A model generated the notes under the pieces. It was given only the letters and a program-made list of their open reading frames with translations. It was not told the DNA's origin and searched no databases. Shown one piece after another: positions 29,551 to 44,642 of a DNA stretch of 64,000 nucleotides. Positions within the stretch are counted from its first letter, which is position 1, and every line of letters starts with the position of its first letter. Position numbers and translations under genes: made by a program. This DNA comes from the human T2T-CHM13v2.0 reference genome, Homo sapiens: assembly GCF_009914755.1 (NCBI RefSeq), contig NC_060932.1; one strand, written 5' to 3'.

Positions 29551-32379
29551 ATAAATATTTGGTTTTTGTCCCCAGTTCCTGGCACAGAGCTCCTTAAACC
29601 CTTGGAATTTATTATCTTATATATGCTAACTCTTAGAGTTGGGGAGGACCCTAGATAGCTTCAATATGGTGGCTGGTCACCAGAAAAACCAACCGTGTAA
29701 CTGGAGGTTGGAACTTTTAGCTTTGTCCCCTAACTTCCAAGAAAGGGAGAGGGGCCAGAGATTGAGTTCAGTCATCGATGGCCAATGATTTAATCAATCA
29801 CGTCTACATAATGAAACCTTTACAAAGACCCCTAAATGATGGTGTGTGGGGAGCTTAGAGTTGATGAACATATGGAGGAGCTGGGAAGGTTGCACCCAAA
29901 GAGGACGGGGAAGCCCCCTCATCCCCGTACCTTGCCCTATGCATCTCTCCATCTGGCTGTTCCTGAGTTGTAGTCTTTAAATTAAACTGGTAATTGTAGG
30001 TAAAGCACTTTCCTGAGTTCTAGGAGTCATTCTAGCAAATTATTGAACCTAAGGAGGGGCTCAGGGAAACCTCTGAATTTGTAGTCAGCCAGGCAGAAGT
30101 ATGGGCAGCCTGGGCATCCCATTTGTAGCTGGTGTCTGAAGTGGGGCAGAATTGCAGGACTGAGCCCTTAACTTGTGAGGTCTCTGCTAACTCTGGGTGT
30201 TAGTGTCAGGATTGAATTGGATTGTTGGACAAGCAGCTGGTGTTAGAGAATTACAGAACTGGCATGGAAAAATCACACATATTTGGTGTCAGGAAAAACC
30301 ATACGCATATTATATTACATTCACCCATTTTTCTGTGAAATCCAAGTATTTCTGTTGGAATTGCTTTCGCCAAGAAGTGTGTAAGGAACTATGAGTCCCT
30401 GTGAGGCAGAGCCTGAAGCAGTGTGTAGTTCCATCTTGCTTCCATCTGCCATGGTAACTGGCAATGTTCTAAACAGAGGCTGTTCCTTCAGCCTGGGCCC
30501 CAGAGTGAACACCATGCAGAACAGAGATGTGGATGGATCATGAGCAAGAAACAAACCTTGTTGTCAAGGTCTAGGCATAACTTGGTTTCATAACATGACC
30601 TGGATTATATTAGTTAAGGTTCAGGTGATATGGAATAAGGGATTTATTATGGGAGATGGGGTTTCTGCGTTCGTAGGAGCTCAGGAACAAGTTTAGGAAA
30701 GAGTGTTGCCACTGGTCTTGGGGCTGGAGTCCCTACAGATCCTCTGGGCTTGAGGAGGGGAGAGGAAGGACAGAGTAGAACTGCTTGTCTCACTGCCTCC
30801 ACCTCCAGCATGTGGCTACCTGCAGAAGAAGCTGACATCCTGCGCTTCCACACACACTCCTGCACAGAACTTGAAGGTGAACGAGGGGAGACTCAGCTGG
30901 GAGGTCAGTAATCATGTGTGTGACCTGCAGGTACTTGGCCCCCAGCTCAGAACTTAGAGAGGACTTGCTGCCTCTTTATCTCTGCCTTCCAAATGTCCAG
31001 CAATTTCTCCTGGGGCCAACCCTCACTCAGAAGTGGATGGGAATTCTGGGAAGTCTACTTTCAGCTTAGTTACACTGACACATACGAAAGCACCCCAGCT
31101 ATGAGCACACTCCAGGAAAAAATGCTATTCTATTATCAGTTAGAGCTCGGCTCCCAAACCCCTATCTGGACTCAGACTTTGGTGAACTTAGAGGGACTAT
31201 TTGTGAATGTCAAGATCCTCTTGCTTCCTTTAGCCCAAAACACAGACAAGAGCGGCAGCGCCGAGAGTTTGCTGCATAGGCTTTTTATCTAGGAATTTAC
31301 CTGACCTTGGCCCTTGAGATTAGCACCTGGACCGTGAGGAGAATAGGACTCTTTCCTCCTAAGGCCTGAGGCCGAGCTTCACTGAGCCACCTCTTTCCAT
31401 GTCTTCTTGCCCTGGTCCTGCCAGACCTTGCCATGGTTGGGGGAGACGATAATAAAAAGGAGCTTTTATCCCTAGTAAATTGCATTTATGGTTCTGAACA
31501 CCCCCTCTAACTTTGTACCTCTTTGTGGGCCACATTTTATCTTTGGTTTATATAATAGGATTCTTTGTTTTTGGAAATAGAGCCGAGTGATGAGGCTTGA
31601 GTGCCACCAGAGGTTAGAGAGTGTCCTGAACAGATTTAATTGTACCACATGTAATCAATTTGCCAGACTAATGGACACTCTGCATGTTCTCAATATAAAG
31701 GAAACTGACTAGTGGAAGGTGAAGCCTGCAGGTTATTCTCTATTGAACATCTGTGCATCTCTGCTCCCACCCATTGAGTTGCATGTTTACCGAGAGTTAG
31801 GTGTGTTTATGCCTGTAAGAACAACAGGATATGAATGAAAGTGATTCATGCAGCTTCCATTTCACTCCTTGAAAATGAAGTTTGCTTTGCTGCTGCCTCT
31901 TACATACCTGTGATTGCATCAGTTGGCTCTAGTAGCAGCAGTTGGATTCAATCTGCAGTTTTTCTTACCCAATCTGAACCAGCAACACTGTACAGCTTCA
32001 GAGAGATTAGCACCATCTGGCCAGCAAACCTCCCCAACCCCCTATTTTCAGAGGTCTGATCTCAGTTCTGCAGGGTGTCTGCTCAGAGCTCCTGGGGCAC
32101 CAGTATCAGCCAGTGCCCCCCTCAGAGGTCTGAATTCTGGCTCCATAGGAGTCTTCCTGCAAACTTCTAAATTGTAATAATCCTAGCCTATTGCCTTTGG
32201 TCATAAGTTCAGCATTAAGTAAGGAATAGACACTAAACACTAGTTGTACTAAATTTTCAGGAGAAACTAGCCTTCTAGTCAAAGTTACTGAGCCTTGGGG
32301 TACAGCATTTTCAATACTGATTTTGTGTCATGGCTGAGACCCTCCCCGTCCCTAGAGGCAAGAGTGTTTAGATCACACC

Positions 32380-32900
32380 ACATCTCTGCTTAAAAACAAG
32401 AGTTCTGATGGCTTCCCATTGCCCTTAGAACAAAGCCCTACATTTTTCTCCTGTTCTCTAAGCCACTGTATGAGCGGGCCCCAGCTGTAGCTCTCAGACT
32501 GCATATCTTACTTTTCCCCCTTCCATTCACTTCACTCCAGCCAGACAAGCTTTGTTTATTTCCATCAAACAGCTAAGCTCAGTTTGGCAAATTCGCCTTC
32601 ACACTTGCTATGATTTTTGCCTGGAATGTTCTCTCTTGAGACCTTTGCATAGCTAACTTTCTTATTCTTCAACTAATAAGCTCATTATCACCTTTCTAGA
32701 GAGGTCTTTTCTGAACACCCAAAGAAATGCATTTCTTCTATATAATCCGTTTATTTCTTTCGTAGCCTTTATCACCATCTGTAGCTATCTTGTTTACTTT
32801 TTTATTTGCTGATTTTCTTCTCTGTGAGGAGAATAATATAAACTCCATGAGGGCATCTATCTTATTTTCTACTCTACCTCTTTAAGTATTTATTGAACAA
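32380..32900. mobile_element. L2 LINE fragment
   Basis: ATGGCTTCCCATTGCCCTTAG, TGCCTGGAATGTTCT, AAACTCCATGAGGGCA and TATTTATTGAA motifs. Confidence 0.65.
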
Positions 32901-34296
32901 ACAATACATTTAGTTTTCAGTGCTATCTAAAATGTGAAAGTCAATGTAAATTTATTACTTTTATCCTACAAATGAACCCAGAAACGTAGAGTACCTAAAT
33001 ATATAACTTCTATTGTTCTAAGCCTACTCAGAACAAGTGGGCAACAGTTTTCATTGGATGAACCATTCATGCATTACAGTAAGTCATCTGGGGAAAAGGG
33101 TTTGGCAGCAAGAGGGCTAAGCATAGTTTTGCTGGAAGACACTGTCAATACAAGAGTCTGTCAGACTGAAGAAAGGCTGCTGCAAACCATTCACTGATGT
33201 GTTTGAACCAGGCAAATGCACATCACAAATCTTGCAGGATTATGGCTCTTCGTCCCATCTGGTCACATTCCATCATGAAACTGAGGGTACCCATAAATAA
33301 GCCCTGAGTACTAGCTCAAAAGAAAAAAGGTACAATCTTGTCAAATAAGCAAAAATTTAAGGCAATGTGCATGAGTCAGTGAAATTGGTGAAATCTTCTT
33401 TTAACAAAGCCCTGTCAAATTATATTGGCTCCCAAATTTTACCACCCTGTCTAATGTTGACTCATGTTGCTTTTCAAAATACGTCTTGGGGCCCATGTGA
33501 ATCAGAGGGTTGACTATTACAGTGTCAGGGCACTAGTGTTTGGGGTCTTGTTTAAAACGTTCCAACTTTTGGGATGTTGTATTTCATAAGAGTCCATTGA
33601 AATTTCTCTTTGTCCCACTCTTGTTCTACCTTAACTATACCATCAATATTTGTTTCTAAACCATTTAATATTTTTATATATGTGACCTCATAAGATCAGT
33701 ATCAAATTTTATCTAGACTGTTCAGGGAATGATTTTCCAGGGATAGATTAACCAGGTCTTATACTTCTACCAATGAAAGCATTAATTACTCCTCCCCAAC
33801 AAACACACACACACATAGGAGACTAGGTGGAAGAAAAGTCCCAGACAAGTCTTATTTGTGAATTCGGCCTCAGGACAATGACACTAGCCTGCCACACACC
33901 CCTGCACTATCCCATGGCCATGATGTCCTACCATCTCTCCTTTCTAGGGTAGAGGATTTAGATTTAGCAATATACAATCTTCAGATTTTTACCCATGTTC
34001 TCTCATTAAAATTTTATAGGAAAAGGAGGCCTGACTGTCCATTGCCAATATTCCAAGCCCACTCAAGTTTTGCATGTGTGAAGAAACAGGCAAACTTTCT
34101 TTCTTATTTATTCTATTCTGTTTGTCCTTTTAAGGCTTTGATGAACCTTAGTATAAAACCTTTCCATATCACAGCACACAACTGTAGGCATCATTCTCTG
34201 AGCCATTCAGAGAAGGCAACAAGATGGGAAATTTGTCTGTAGCCTCATAAACAGGATTCTATACAATGGGGCTTTCTACTGCTAATAAGTTGGACA

Positions 34297-34343
34297 AAAT
34301 ATATATATATATGTATACACACACACACACACACATATATATA
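34297..34343. repeat. (TA)n(CA)n(TA)n microsatellite
   Basis: Directly visible. Confidence 0.95.
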
Positions 34344-34611
34344 GTGTTTTTATAAGAGAGGCCCCAAGGAGCTCTCATGTAACTTCTACCATGTAAGGAC
34401 ACAGTGGGAAGATGCCATCTCTCAATCTGGAAAAAGCCCTTACTCAACAGACGTCAAATCTGTTGGCACCTTGATCTTGGATTACCCTGAGTCCAGAACT
34501 GTGAGAAATAAATGTTTATTGTTTACATCACCTACTCTTTGGTATTTTTGTTAGAGCAGCCCCAGTGGACTAAGACAGTTGGTATCACATCTTCTTGTAT
34601 TTCCGGATATA
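34342..34611 (+). repeat. 270-bp local duplicate of 37117-37386 (MLT1A 3' part plus flank)
   Basis: Colinear, roughly 90% identical by eye, and extends ~34 bp past the LTR end. Confidence 0.9.
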
Positions 34612-35749
34612 TATATATATATATTCCAGATGTACTTTTGGCAGGGCTATGGTTGCAAACCACAGCGCAAGGAAATGGAGGAATACTCTAATTACAAAAG
34701 GAAATACTGCATCTCCCAAAGGGCTCGCTAGACATTATCATCATTTATGACACAGGGCATTGTTAACCTGATATACACTCTTCCTCAGTGGGACAAAGCT
34801 ACACCTTCTCAAACTTCCTATCCTTTAGTACACATAGGAGCAAGGAAGAAATACAAAGCTTTCAAAGGTAGGAAATAAGTTAACAGTCTTCTGCAAGTCC
34901 TTTGATCTTCACAGAGGCACAGAGCACTGGTTCCCGTGATAGGGAAAACCTTTGTATAATGCAATAAACTGTGTAAATAAGGGAGGTAGGGAGCAGAGGC
35001 ACAAGGGTGAGGGGCTGTAGAATCACTGCTCATTCTCATTCTTTTCTCTTCCTTCTAGAAGTGGCTGGAAAAGGGGGGAAAGGGTTGAATTGGAGGAAGC
35101 TGAGATTTGCTGCCTTTTCAACTGTTCCTGCCTTTTAAACTTGGGTATTTGCATCCTATGTGGGATACCAGCTGACACTAGGGCCTTGAGCAAAATGGAA
35201 ATGGGTTGCTAGGCCACCTCCCATTTCCTTTCGTAGTCCTTTTCCCACCTGTTCTGTGACTCATCATCTTTATGCTCTCCCCTGCTTAGCCCCATCCCTA
35301 TTTCTGTTTATGTGGACATTATAACCAAAGCCATTTTCCCTGCCCACATTTAAAACAAATAATTATCATTTGGAGAGTAAATGGAGCTTGGCCTACCCAA
35401 CCCTGATTATTTGAAATCATATTATAAACAAAAATGTTGATGATTCTATCTAGTTAACTACACAAAGACAACAAAATCTCCTTTTAAAATTCCTATTCTA
35501 ATTCATCTTACATGGAGCAGTCCAATTAATCATTCTGTTACAACCGCTGTCAGTGTCTCTACCATACCCCCCAAATTTATAATTACTACAAATTGCTTAT
35601 AGAACTTCAAAATTTTAATCTTGGTGATTTGAAGCTCTCCATTACTTTAGTTAAAAAAACTGGTTCCAGGAACTCCACTAGGCATTGCTGAGAATACAAA
35701 TGAGGAACGGGACAAAATATGGTTTCAAAGTACCTCCCTATAAAGCACT

Positions 35750-36335
35750 TAAAGGAAAAACAGCAAAGAACCCTGGCTTGGCAGACACCTTTTCAATCAA
35801 GTCATCACAGTGAGTATCATCAGTCGTGGCACACATAGAAACTCATGCTACTTGATTGGATACGATGAAAACATAGCATGATTTTCTTGTGTTCCTGCCA
35901 AAGCAGCATAACAAGATTCTAGTCACGAGGAAACGTCAGACAAAGCCAAACCAAGAAACATAACTTTGAAAGAGCTGGCATGAAATCTTCAAAAGTATCA
36001 AGGTCATGAAAGTCAAGGAAAGACTGAGGGAAACTAAAGAGATATGACAACTTAATCCTATTGTGTGATTCTGTACTAGATGCTTTTACTATAAAGGCCA
36101 TTATTGGGAGAATTGGTGAAGGTTGAGTAGGGTCTGAGGATTAAGTAATATATCGGTGTTAATTTCTGATTTTGAGGGTCCTATTGTGATTATTAGGAGA
36201 ATGTCCTTGTTTAAAGGAAATGTACTCTAAAGAATTCAGCATGATGGGGCATCTTACTTTTCAGTGGTCCAGAACAAAATTTCTTTATACTACACTTCCA
36301 AATTTTCTGTAAGTTTATTTCAAAATAAGAAGCTA
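35750..36335 (+). mobile_element. L1MC-type 3'UTR fragment
   Basis: CAAGGTCATGAAAGTCAAGGAAAGACTGAG...AGAGATATGACAAC motifs. Confidence 0.65.
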
Positions 36336-36975
36336 TTAAAAGGTATGCTTTCCATTTACTATTCTGCTTCTATATAATGAAAGAAGGCTGAGCAGCTAGG
36401 ACACTATTAGCAATTGCCTAGATGATAGTAGAGCAATGGCTGTTGGAATGGAAGGACGTGAGCCCATGAGAATTTATAATGGTGAATTCTACAGGTTTAA
36501 AACAGAAAATTAGAGCTCAGGTGATCTCTGGAAAGTTACAGACTGTTCTGAGATGTGGTCTTCTGCAGAGAGAAGAGCAGTGTCAATACGATGAGGGGAA
36601 CCAGAAGCTGCTAGTTCTTTAGATGAGCTTTAAGTCCAATTTTCCCCATCTAGGCCTTTCCAACCTCAAATACATAAACATGTACTTTTTGGCTTATTTT
36701 GTCTTCTTTTCTCTTGCTGTACCTTTATCAACTCTCTAGGTCTCTGTCACTTTCTCCCTTCACAGTGTACTTGGGCACTCACAGCTCTATATTTTTTTCC
36801 AGTTTTGGTTAAGATTTGCGCCCTTCCTGGCCCTGACAGAATGTCTGACACAAGCACACAGCCAGTATTTGGTGGTTGAAAGCGCTAAGCCCTCCTGGTG
36901 GCTGTTGTAAGGCAGATGCTATTACCAATGCAGCTCCTTACTCTGCATTCGTTTTGTGGTTCTACGTACAGTTGG

Positions 36976-37352
36976 TACTATGTCTGACTGTGTCTTCCCA
37001 ACTTCATATGTTGAATCCTAACCCCCAAGGTGATGGTATTAGGAGGTGAGGCTTTTAGGAGGTGACGCTTTTGGGAGGTGATTAGGTCAAGACCGTAGAG
37101 TCCTCATGAATTGGATTAGTGCTCTTGTAAAAGAGGCCCCAATGAGCTCTCATATAACTTCTTCCATGTAAGGACACAGTGGAAAGATGCTGTCTCTCAA
37201 TCTGGAAAAAGCCCTCACTCAATAGATGTTGAATCTGTTGGCACCTTGATCTTGGATTACCCTGAATCCAGAATTGTGAGAAATTAATGTTTATTATTTA
37301 AGCCACCTACTCTTTGGTATTTTTGTTAGAGCAGCCCCAATGGACTAAGACA
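36976..37352 (+). mobile_element. MLT1A-like MaLR solo LTR
   Basis: TTCATATGTTGAATCCTAACCCCCAAGGTGATGGTATTAGGAGG...GGACTAAGACA; TSD GTTGG/GTTGA. Confidence 0.85.
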
Positions 37353-40300
37353 GTTGATATCACACCTTCTGGTATTTCCTGATATACTATATTGCAATGG
37401 TATGGCCCTCTGTTTTCTCTGTATACGTTTTGTCTCCCCCAAAGGATCGTAAGCTCTTCCAGGGCAGATGATGGGTCTCCATAGCAATGATCACTGTGAT
37501 GAGCATGGAGTAGTTGCTCAATGAATGTTTGTAGAACTAAACTGAGTCAAAAATTAGAATGAAGAGAAAAAAAAAAACACAACCAGGGCCAAATAGGATG
37601 TGACAACATGCTTTACTTATTTAATTAAAATAGGAACCATAAAAATGTATGTTTTGGTGTTAACTAAAACAGAGAGTAACTGTTCCTGAGTAAATTAAAC
37701 ATGCTAATCAAGAACACAGATCTGGAGACAGCTGCCTGGGTTGCATTTGACTGATGGTTCTGCTTCTTATGAGCTCTACCTTCCTGGGATTATCAGCGTC
37801 ATTCACTGCCTGAGGTTTTTGTATTAAGTGAGATCATATATGTAAAGAACATGAGTGACTGGCAAATTGTAACAACTTAGGAAGGTTAGCTAAATATCAC
37901 CTTTTTTTCTAAAAATCTTGGACAGAACATGGGAAAGCACAGCTCTGAAATTCTTTCAGGGAGGTCATTCTTTAAGAGGCCTCAGCTGGGAAACCTGCTG
38001 TTGGAACAACCCATCTGGAGTTTGGGTAGGGAGAAGGAATCTCATATCCAGCTCCTTCTGACTACCTTTACACAAAAGTAGGCTGTGGGGCTCAGGGACG
38101 ATTGATTGATACAAAAAGATCTGAGATTGTATAGCCTTAAAATCTCACTCCTTTCCCCTAGGAAGGCCACTTCCCTCCAACTTCTTTTCTCATGCTTTCT
38201 CTTTAAATCTGCAAATCTGCATGTTTAGTCCATGTCCTTCAAGGCTGTCCTTGATACTAATTTTACTGATTTCTACCACATTCTATGAGTCACAGTTAGA
38301 ATTATTTATCCACCTTCCCTCACTCCCATGACTGAAGCAGTCATCTTAGGCTGCAAGTCTATTCCATATTTTGGGGTACGTGTAGCTCATTGATAAGTTG
38401 CCTCTTCAAAGGTTTCAATATGGAAGAACATTTCACAGTGCTATATACTGGTCCTAATATACTTCCACTGAATGGATGTTAGGAGGTCCTGGGGAAGGGA
38501 CTTTGCATAAATTGTTCACAGCTGTATATCCAGGATGTGGAAGGGCACCTGCCACATGATAGGTGCTTAGCATTGCAAAAATGACATCACTGCCCCAGAA
38601 GAGTTTATCATCTTGTTGGCAAGACAAAATCCATGAATAGGAAACAGAAAGCACTAGGCAACTGGTCTCTGGTTCTAGGATTAAAGTTTGCCATTTCCTG
38701 GAGAGGTCTATAGTGGTAAAACCCAGATTTTTCTCTCTAGTCTCTGCCTGTGATGCTCCTAAAGCTTTTTTTGTTTGTTTGTTTGGGGTTTCTTTTTGGC
38801 AGCCTGTGCTTCTATTTCTTTCTCTGGGATGCAAGCTGAGCAGCGACGATTAAAAGTGTTCTTTTTTTTTTTTTTATGTTTTGGATATAGAGAACTACAT
38901 CTAAGGTGTTAGCTTATTTAATTCAGGCCTCCTACTTGTGACTCAAGAATATATCCTTTTACAAAACTGAATTCTTATACAAGTGAGTTCTCAAGGTCAT
39001 AGGAAGAGCAGTACAGAGCTGAATCAAAGGCACAGAATGTTCTTGTAGCTGTCATACCAGTAAAATTATACTCATCGTTGTCCACTAGAAGAGAAAAATG
39101 TCTATGTTTCCAGCCACTATTTCTGCCTAAAGTGAATTTTCTAATTTAAAAAGGCTTAATTCAGCTCTTTTCATACATTAAGTATGATGTCAATGCATTT
39201 TAATTAGGGATTAATATTGCTGATAGATTTCTGTGGTTTCTTTTTATGTAAAATGATCTGTAATGTGACAATATGTCTATCCCAATTAAACAATGATCAA
39301 AACATTCAGCTGCAAACAACAAAAGATAACACTATCGTTATGACAAATAATCCTTATGAAAGGATTTTCATAGGATTATTTGACTCAATGTCAAAACATG
39401 CTTACTGAAAGATGAACTGAGAACCGCAGCGTGGTCTTCTAGATCATTTAGTATGTAACATGTGGTCGGATCAGTTACGCCATCTGAATTAAAGCTAGAG
39501 ATGGCTATCTAAATCAGCATGACCCGAAAACAAATATATTGGATAATGGAGAGCAGGTGGGAGGCAATGAGAGAGCAAGAATTGGGACTATGCCACAGCG
39601 TTTTTCTTTTTCTTTCTTTTTTTTTTTTGTTGTTGTTTTTTAGGATCTTGCTCTGTTGTTAGGTATGTTGTAAACTGCTGCAGAATCCTCCTCAAAACCC
39701 AGTTGTAGAGATTGAGACTGTCTGTAAATACTTCAAAGGAGAAAGAAAAAGAGGATAATGGGACGCAGAAAAACAAAAATGACAAGAAACGTTCTGTCAG
39801 CAGCATGCGATTAAAAAACCCCATACAGATCTGGCAGAGCATGGTTATTTCTGAAAATGACACTCACTTTGAAGGCTGTTCTTTTAGTCAGACCTCTGTT
39901 AGGCTAAGGACCTCTCCCACTGCTGACATGATAGATCAAAGGAAGCACCTTGCACTGTCTGAGGTGCATGACTAGCACAAGTCACTACAGACACAGAACA
40001 ACAGAGCAGGCAATGGACGTGCAGCCAAATCACCATCACAAAATACCACTTCTTTCACTTCTTACAGGATAAACTACCTTGAAAAAGACCTTTAGGACTG
40101 CATAGTCAAGGATAGTTCCTTGCCAAACTGTTTAGTTTTTTTCCCAAGAGAAAATAGAATGAGCAGGTCATTAGTTGGTATGGATCAATTTCTACTCTGA
40201 AATGTGGTTTTATTTGTAATGTCAGTTTGTCTCAGCACCTTGACTCTCAGGAAGATGAGATCTCTCTGAGATGTCATCTTCACTTTGAAAAAGCTTTCAA

Positions 40301-43134
40301 AAAAATATCAGACTCCTCGTATGCCACTTTGGAGAATGCCTCCTGCAAATACTTGGATAACAAGGGTCACCATGACAAGGGAAACATCCTTTCTGTTGCC
40401 AAGACCAAATTAAATTTTCAGAGAGAATTTCACTCCTAAATGGTTACAGCTGATTCATGATTTTCATTTCTTTGCCAGACACTCAAATGGTTTCTGAAGG
40501 GGCTTCCAAGGCAAAAGCAAATCCTCACCTCTGGATAAATAGCTCAAGTCTCAGAGGAGATAATAGCCAATTCTCCAGTGTTCTTTTGTTTGGCATTCTC
40601 CTCTCTTCCCATTGTCGTTTCAATAGTATTAGTCATTAGTTTTCCTGCAGAAGAACATCTTCCTCCAAAGATAATGCTGTTTGGATATAACACTATTGGT
40701 CCTGACTCATTGCTGCCCTGTTCTGACCTTGCAGTCACCTTCTCTCTTGCACTGGGATGGGCATCTCCTCATAGTGTACAGTGTCCCACCAGCAGGAAAT
40801 GTCCAGGAAGTTGTCAATGTCCATATCTGACAGCTGAGCCTCCACTTTCTCAATGCCAATGGAGTGAATCTCCAGTCTACTTTATCAATCCACTTTAAGG
40901 ACAATATCTTGTGTCACCTCTAAAACCTTAAATTCAAATTTCTCACTCTTGGACCACAAGTTCCTGGCTATGTTTTCACCTTTTGGATTTTTAATATCAT
41001 TTAGATATCTAGTCCCTAGATACTTCTGCTGTCTCCTGACTTCCATTCCCTATTAGTCTTCATTCTTTCTCTACCCAAAGTGGACATTTTGGTTGATAAC
41101 ATGTACAACTATCTCATGGTCTAGCTGCATGCTGCACCCTCACCACCAAACCCTAACCCTAGATCAGTATGCCAGTTCACCCTCTCCATCCCTATGCCCA
41201 GAGAGCAGGAGCTGCTGGAGAAGCACAGGGAATGTGTAGATTGGTTCCAGTGCATGAACTCTAACCTCTTCAGGATGCTTAATATTCATGTACTGCAGAT
41301 AATCAAATGATATGCCCAGGAATGGTGGGAAAGTAGAAGGCTGTTCTTTATATAAGAATAGCCATTGTTTGGAGTGAAAGGTGGCCACTCTTTAGGCCAC
41401 AGTATGTAACATAAACTGTGACCTGGCATGAAAAGGCAAGTTGAACACCCTGCACTAGCAATCTGGACTATAAGAATGGAAAAAATTTATCAGTTGGCAC
41501 TTGGACAGACTGAAAGAGGAGCAGGCATGTAGAGAGTAGTAGACTTACAGTAATGGTAGAGGAGAGCCTCTACCTTACTCACCTCTTTCTTCTTAAATGT
41601 GTATGATTATTCAGACAATAGGGTCAAGAGAATAGACAAACCTGTGCAACTCCTCTCTCTTATGGGATATCAGATACATGGGCCTGGCCAGGGCAGATTT
41701 AGGTCTTGTGAGACCTGAAGTTCATGCAGTTTTGAGATGTCCTCTTAAAAAAGAATAGAAATTTAACACAGGCACAAAAGCAATCAAATGCATTTAAAAA
41801 TTGCTCCTACTTTGTATTGAGCTACATAATGGTGTAATCAAATTACTCTTATATGGCAATCATTGACTTACCAATGAATAAACATAGGAGTTTTGCCATC
41901 AAAACATTGCTTTCTTCAGGACATTTAACTGGGTCAGTGGCAGTTTTGTAATGCTTTTTGTCTGGAGGTCAGCAAGGTGGTGGAAAAGGAAGTCTTGGGT
42001 TTCATTCCCCTCCACAGGAAAATCAACTAGAACTATTCATAGACAAAAACAAACACCTTGGTGAAAACCCCAAAACATGGGAATAAATCTGAACCACTTG
42101 TGTGTTCCATGGAATTGAATAAAAATCTACATTGAAAGGGCAGGATAATCAGTCTCACTTTGACTATGTCACCCCTCTGCCTTCCGTAAGTTGGCACAGT
42201 GCCACACAGGGTACTCCCCAGGGCTCATAGTTTCTACAGTGAGTAAACAGAACCAGGGAAGTGGACAGCCAGCTTCCCTAGCATTCTGAGATGCTTCCCA
42301 GGAAGCCCACTCTGTCCTTACCTCACGGGGACTGAGGAACATAGGGGAAAGAGTGCAGTTAGACCACCTGGGGTCAGGCAGAAACAAAGCAAGGAGGTGA
42401 GGCCCACAGAGATCAGCACACAGATTTTTGTGAATGTACCTATCCTGCTGGATAGAAGAGCCTAGCCAGCTGTCTCACCTGAATTCAGGGCAAAGGGAGC
42501 AGCTCAGGCTTCTAGATAACCTGAAAGCAAACTCTGTCTGCCCGGGGTCAGTACGAGCTGGCCCATCCACACTCATAGGCTAGACTAACTAGTGAAGGTC
42601 TATCCCTGCCAAAGAACTCCTGTAAAAGCCAGGAAAGTTGGCTTTCTCTATAAAGCCATAAACACCAATGCAAAGACATAAGGATTACAAAGATTTAGGA
42701 AATCATGATACCTCCAAAACAAACAAAGAAAAAAACAATGAGAAAGCTCCAGCAATGGACCCTAGAGAAAGGTAAATCTATGAAATGACAGAAAAAATGG
42801 AGAATAATCTACTTTTAAAAGTTCAGTAAACTTCAAGAATATACAGATAAAAAATTAAATGAAATTCAGAAAATACACAAACAACACCAGAAATTTGACA
42901 AATAAATAGAGACAATACACAAAGAAACAAATAGAAATTCTAGAGATGAAGATTACAATGACTGAACTGAAAAATGTAATAGGAAGCTTCAACAGCTGGC
43001 TCAATCAAGCTGAAGAATCAGTGAACTCAGAGGCAGAACATTTTAAACTACTTAATCAGGGAAGCAAAAAGAAACAAGAATGAAAAAGATGAAGAAAGCC
43101 CATGGGAATTACGTGACACCATCAAGAGACCTAA

Positions 43135-43509
<375 letters not shown>

Positions 43510-43819
43510 TAAAAAATAATGAATGAAAACTTTCCTAATCTGAGGAAAGAAGGTAACATCCAGGTACAGGGAGTACAAAAGTCCCAATTAAATTCAACTC
43601 AAAGAGGAGTTCACCAAGATATATAATAATCAAACTGTCAAAAATTAAAGACAGAGTTCTGAGAGCAGAAAGAGATAAGAAATATATCATATACAATGAA
43701 GTCTTAATATGACTGTAGATGGAATTCTCAGCAGAAGTCTTGCAGGCCAGGAGACAGTAGTATAACATATTCAAAGTGTTGAAGAAAAAGAAGACTGCCA
43801 ATGAGGAATACTTTATTCA

Positions 43820-44642
<823 letters not shown>

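Larger units (their letters stand above)
28455..30293 (+). mobile_element. MER21-like LTR split by an MLT2 insertion
   Basis: TGTGACATATTGTGGTATAATG (28455-28485) resumes at 29551 as ATAAATATTTGGTTTTTGTCCCCAGTTCCTGGCACAGAGCTCC and ends near CACATATTTGGTGTCAG. Confidence 0.75.

Noticed and set aside
36815-36905. CTCF-like motifs (GCGCCCTTCCTGGCC and GCCCTCCTGGTGGC)
   Set aside because: Spacing is one base off the core consensus, so they are not supportable without ChIP data.
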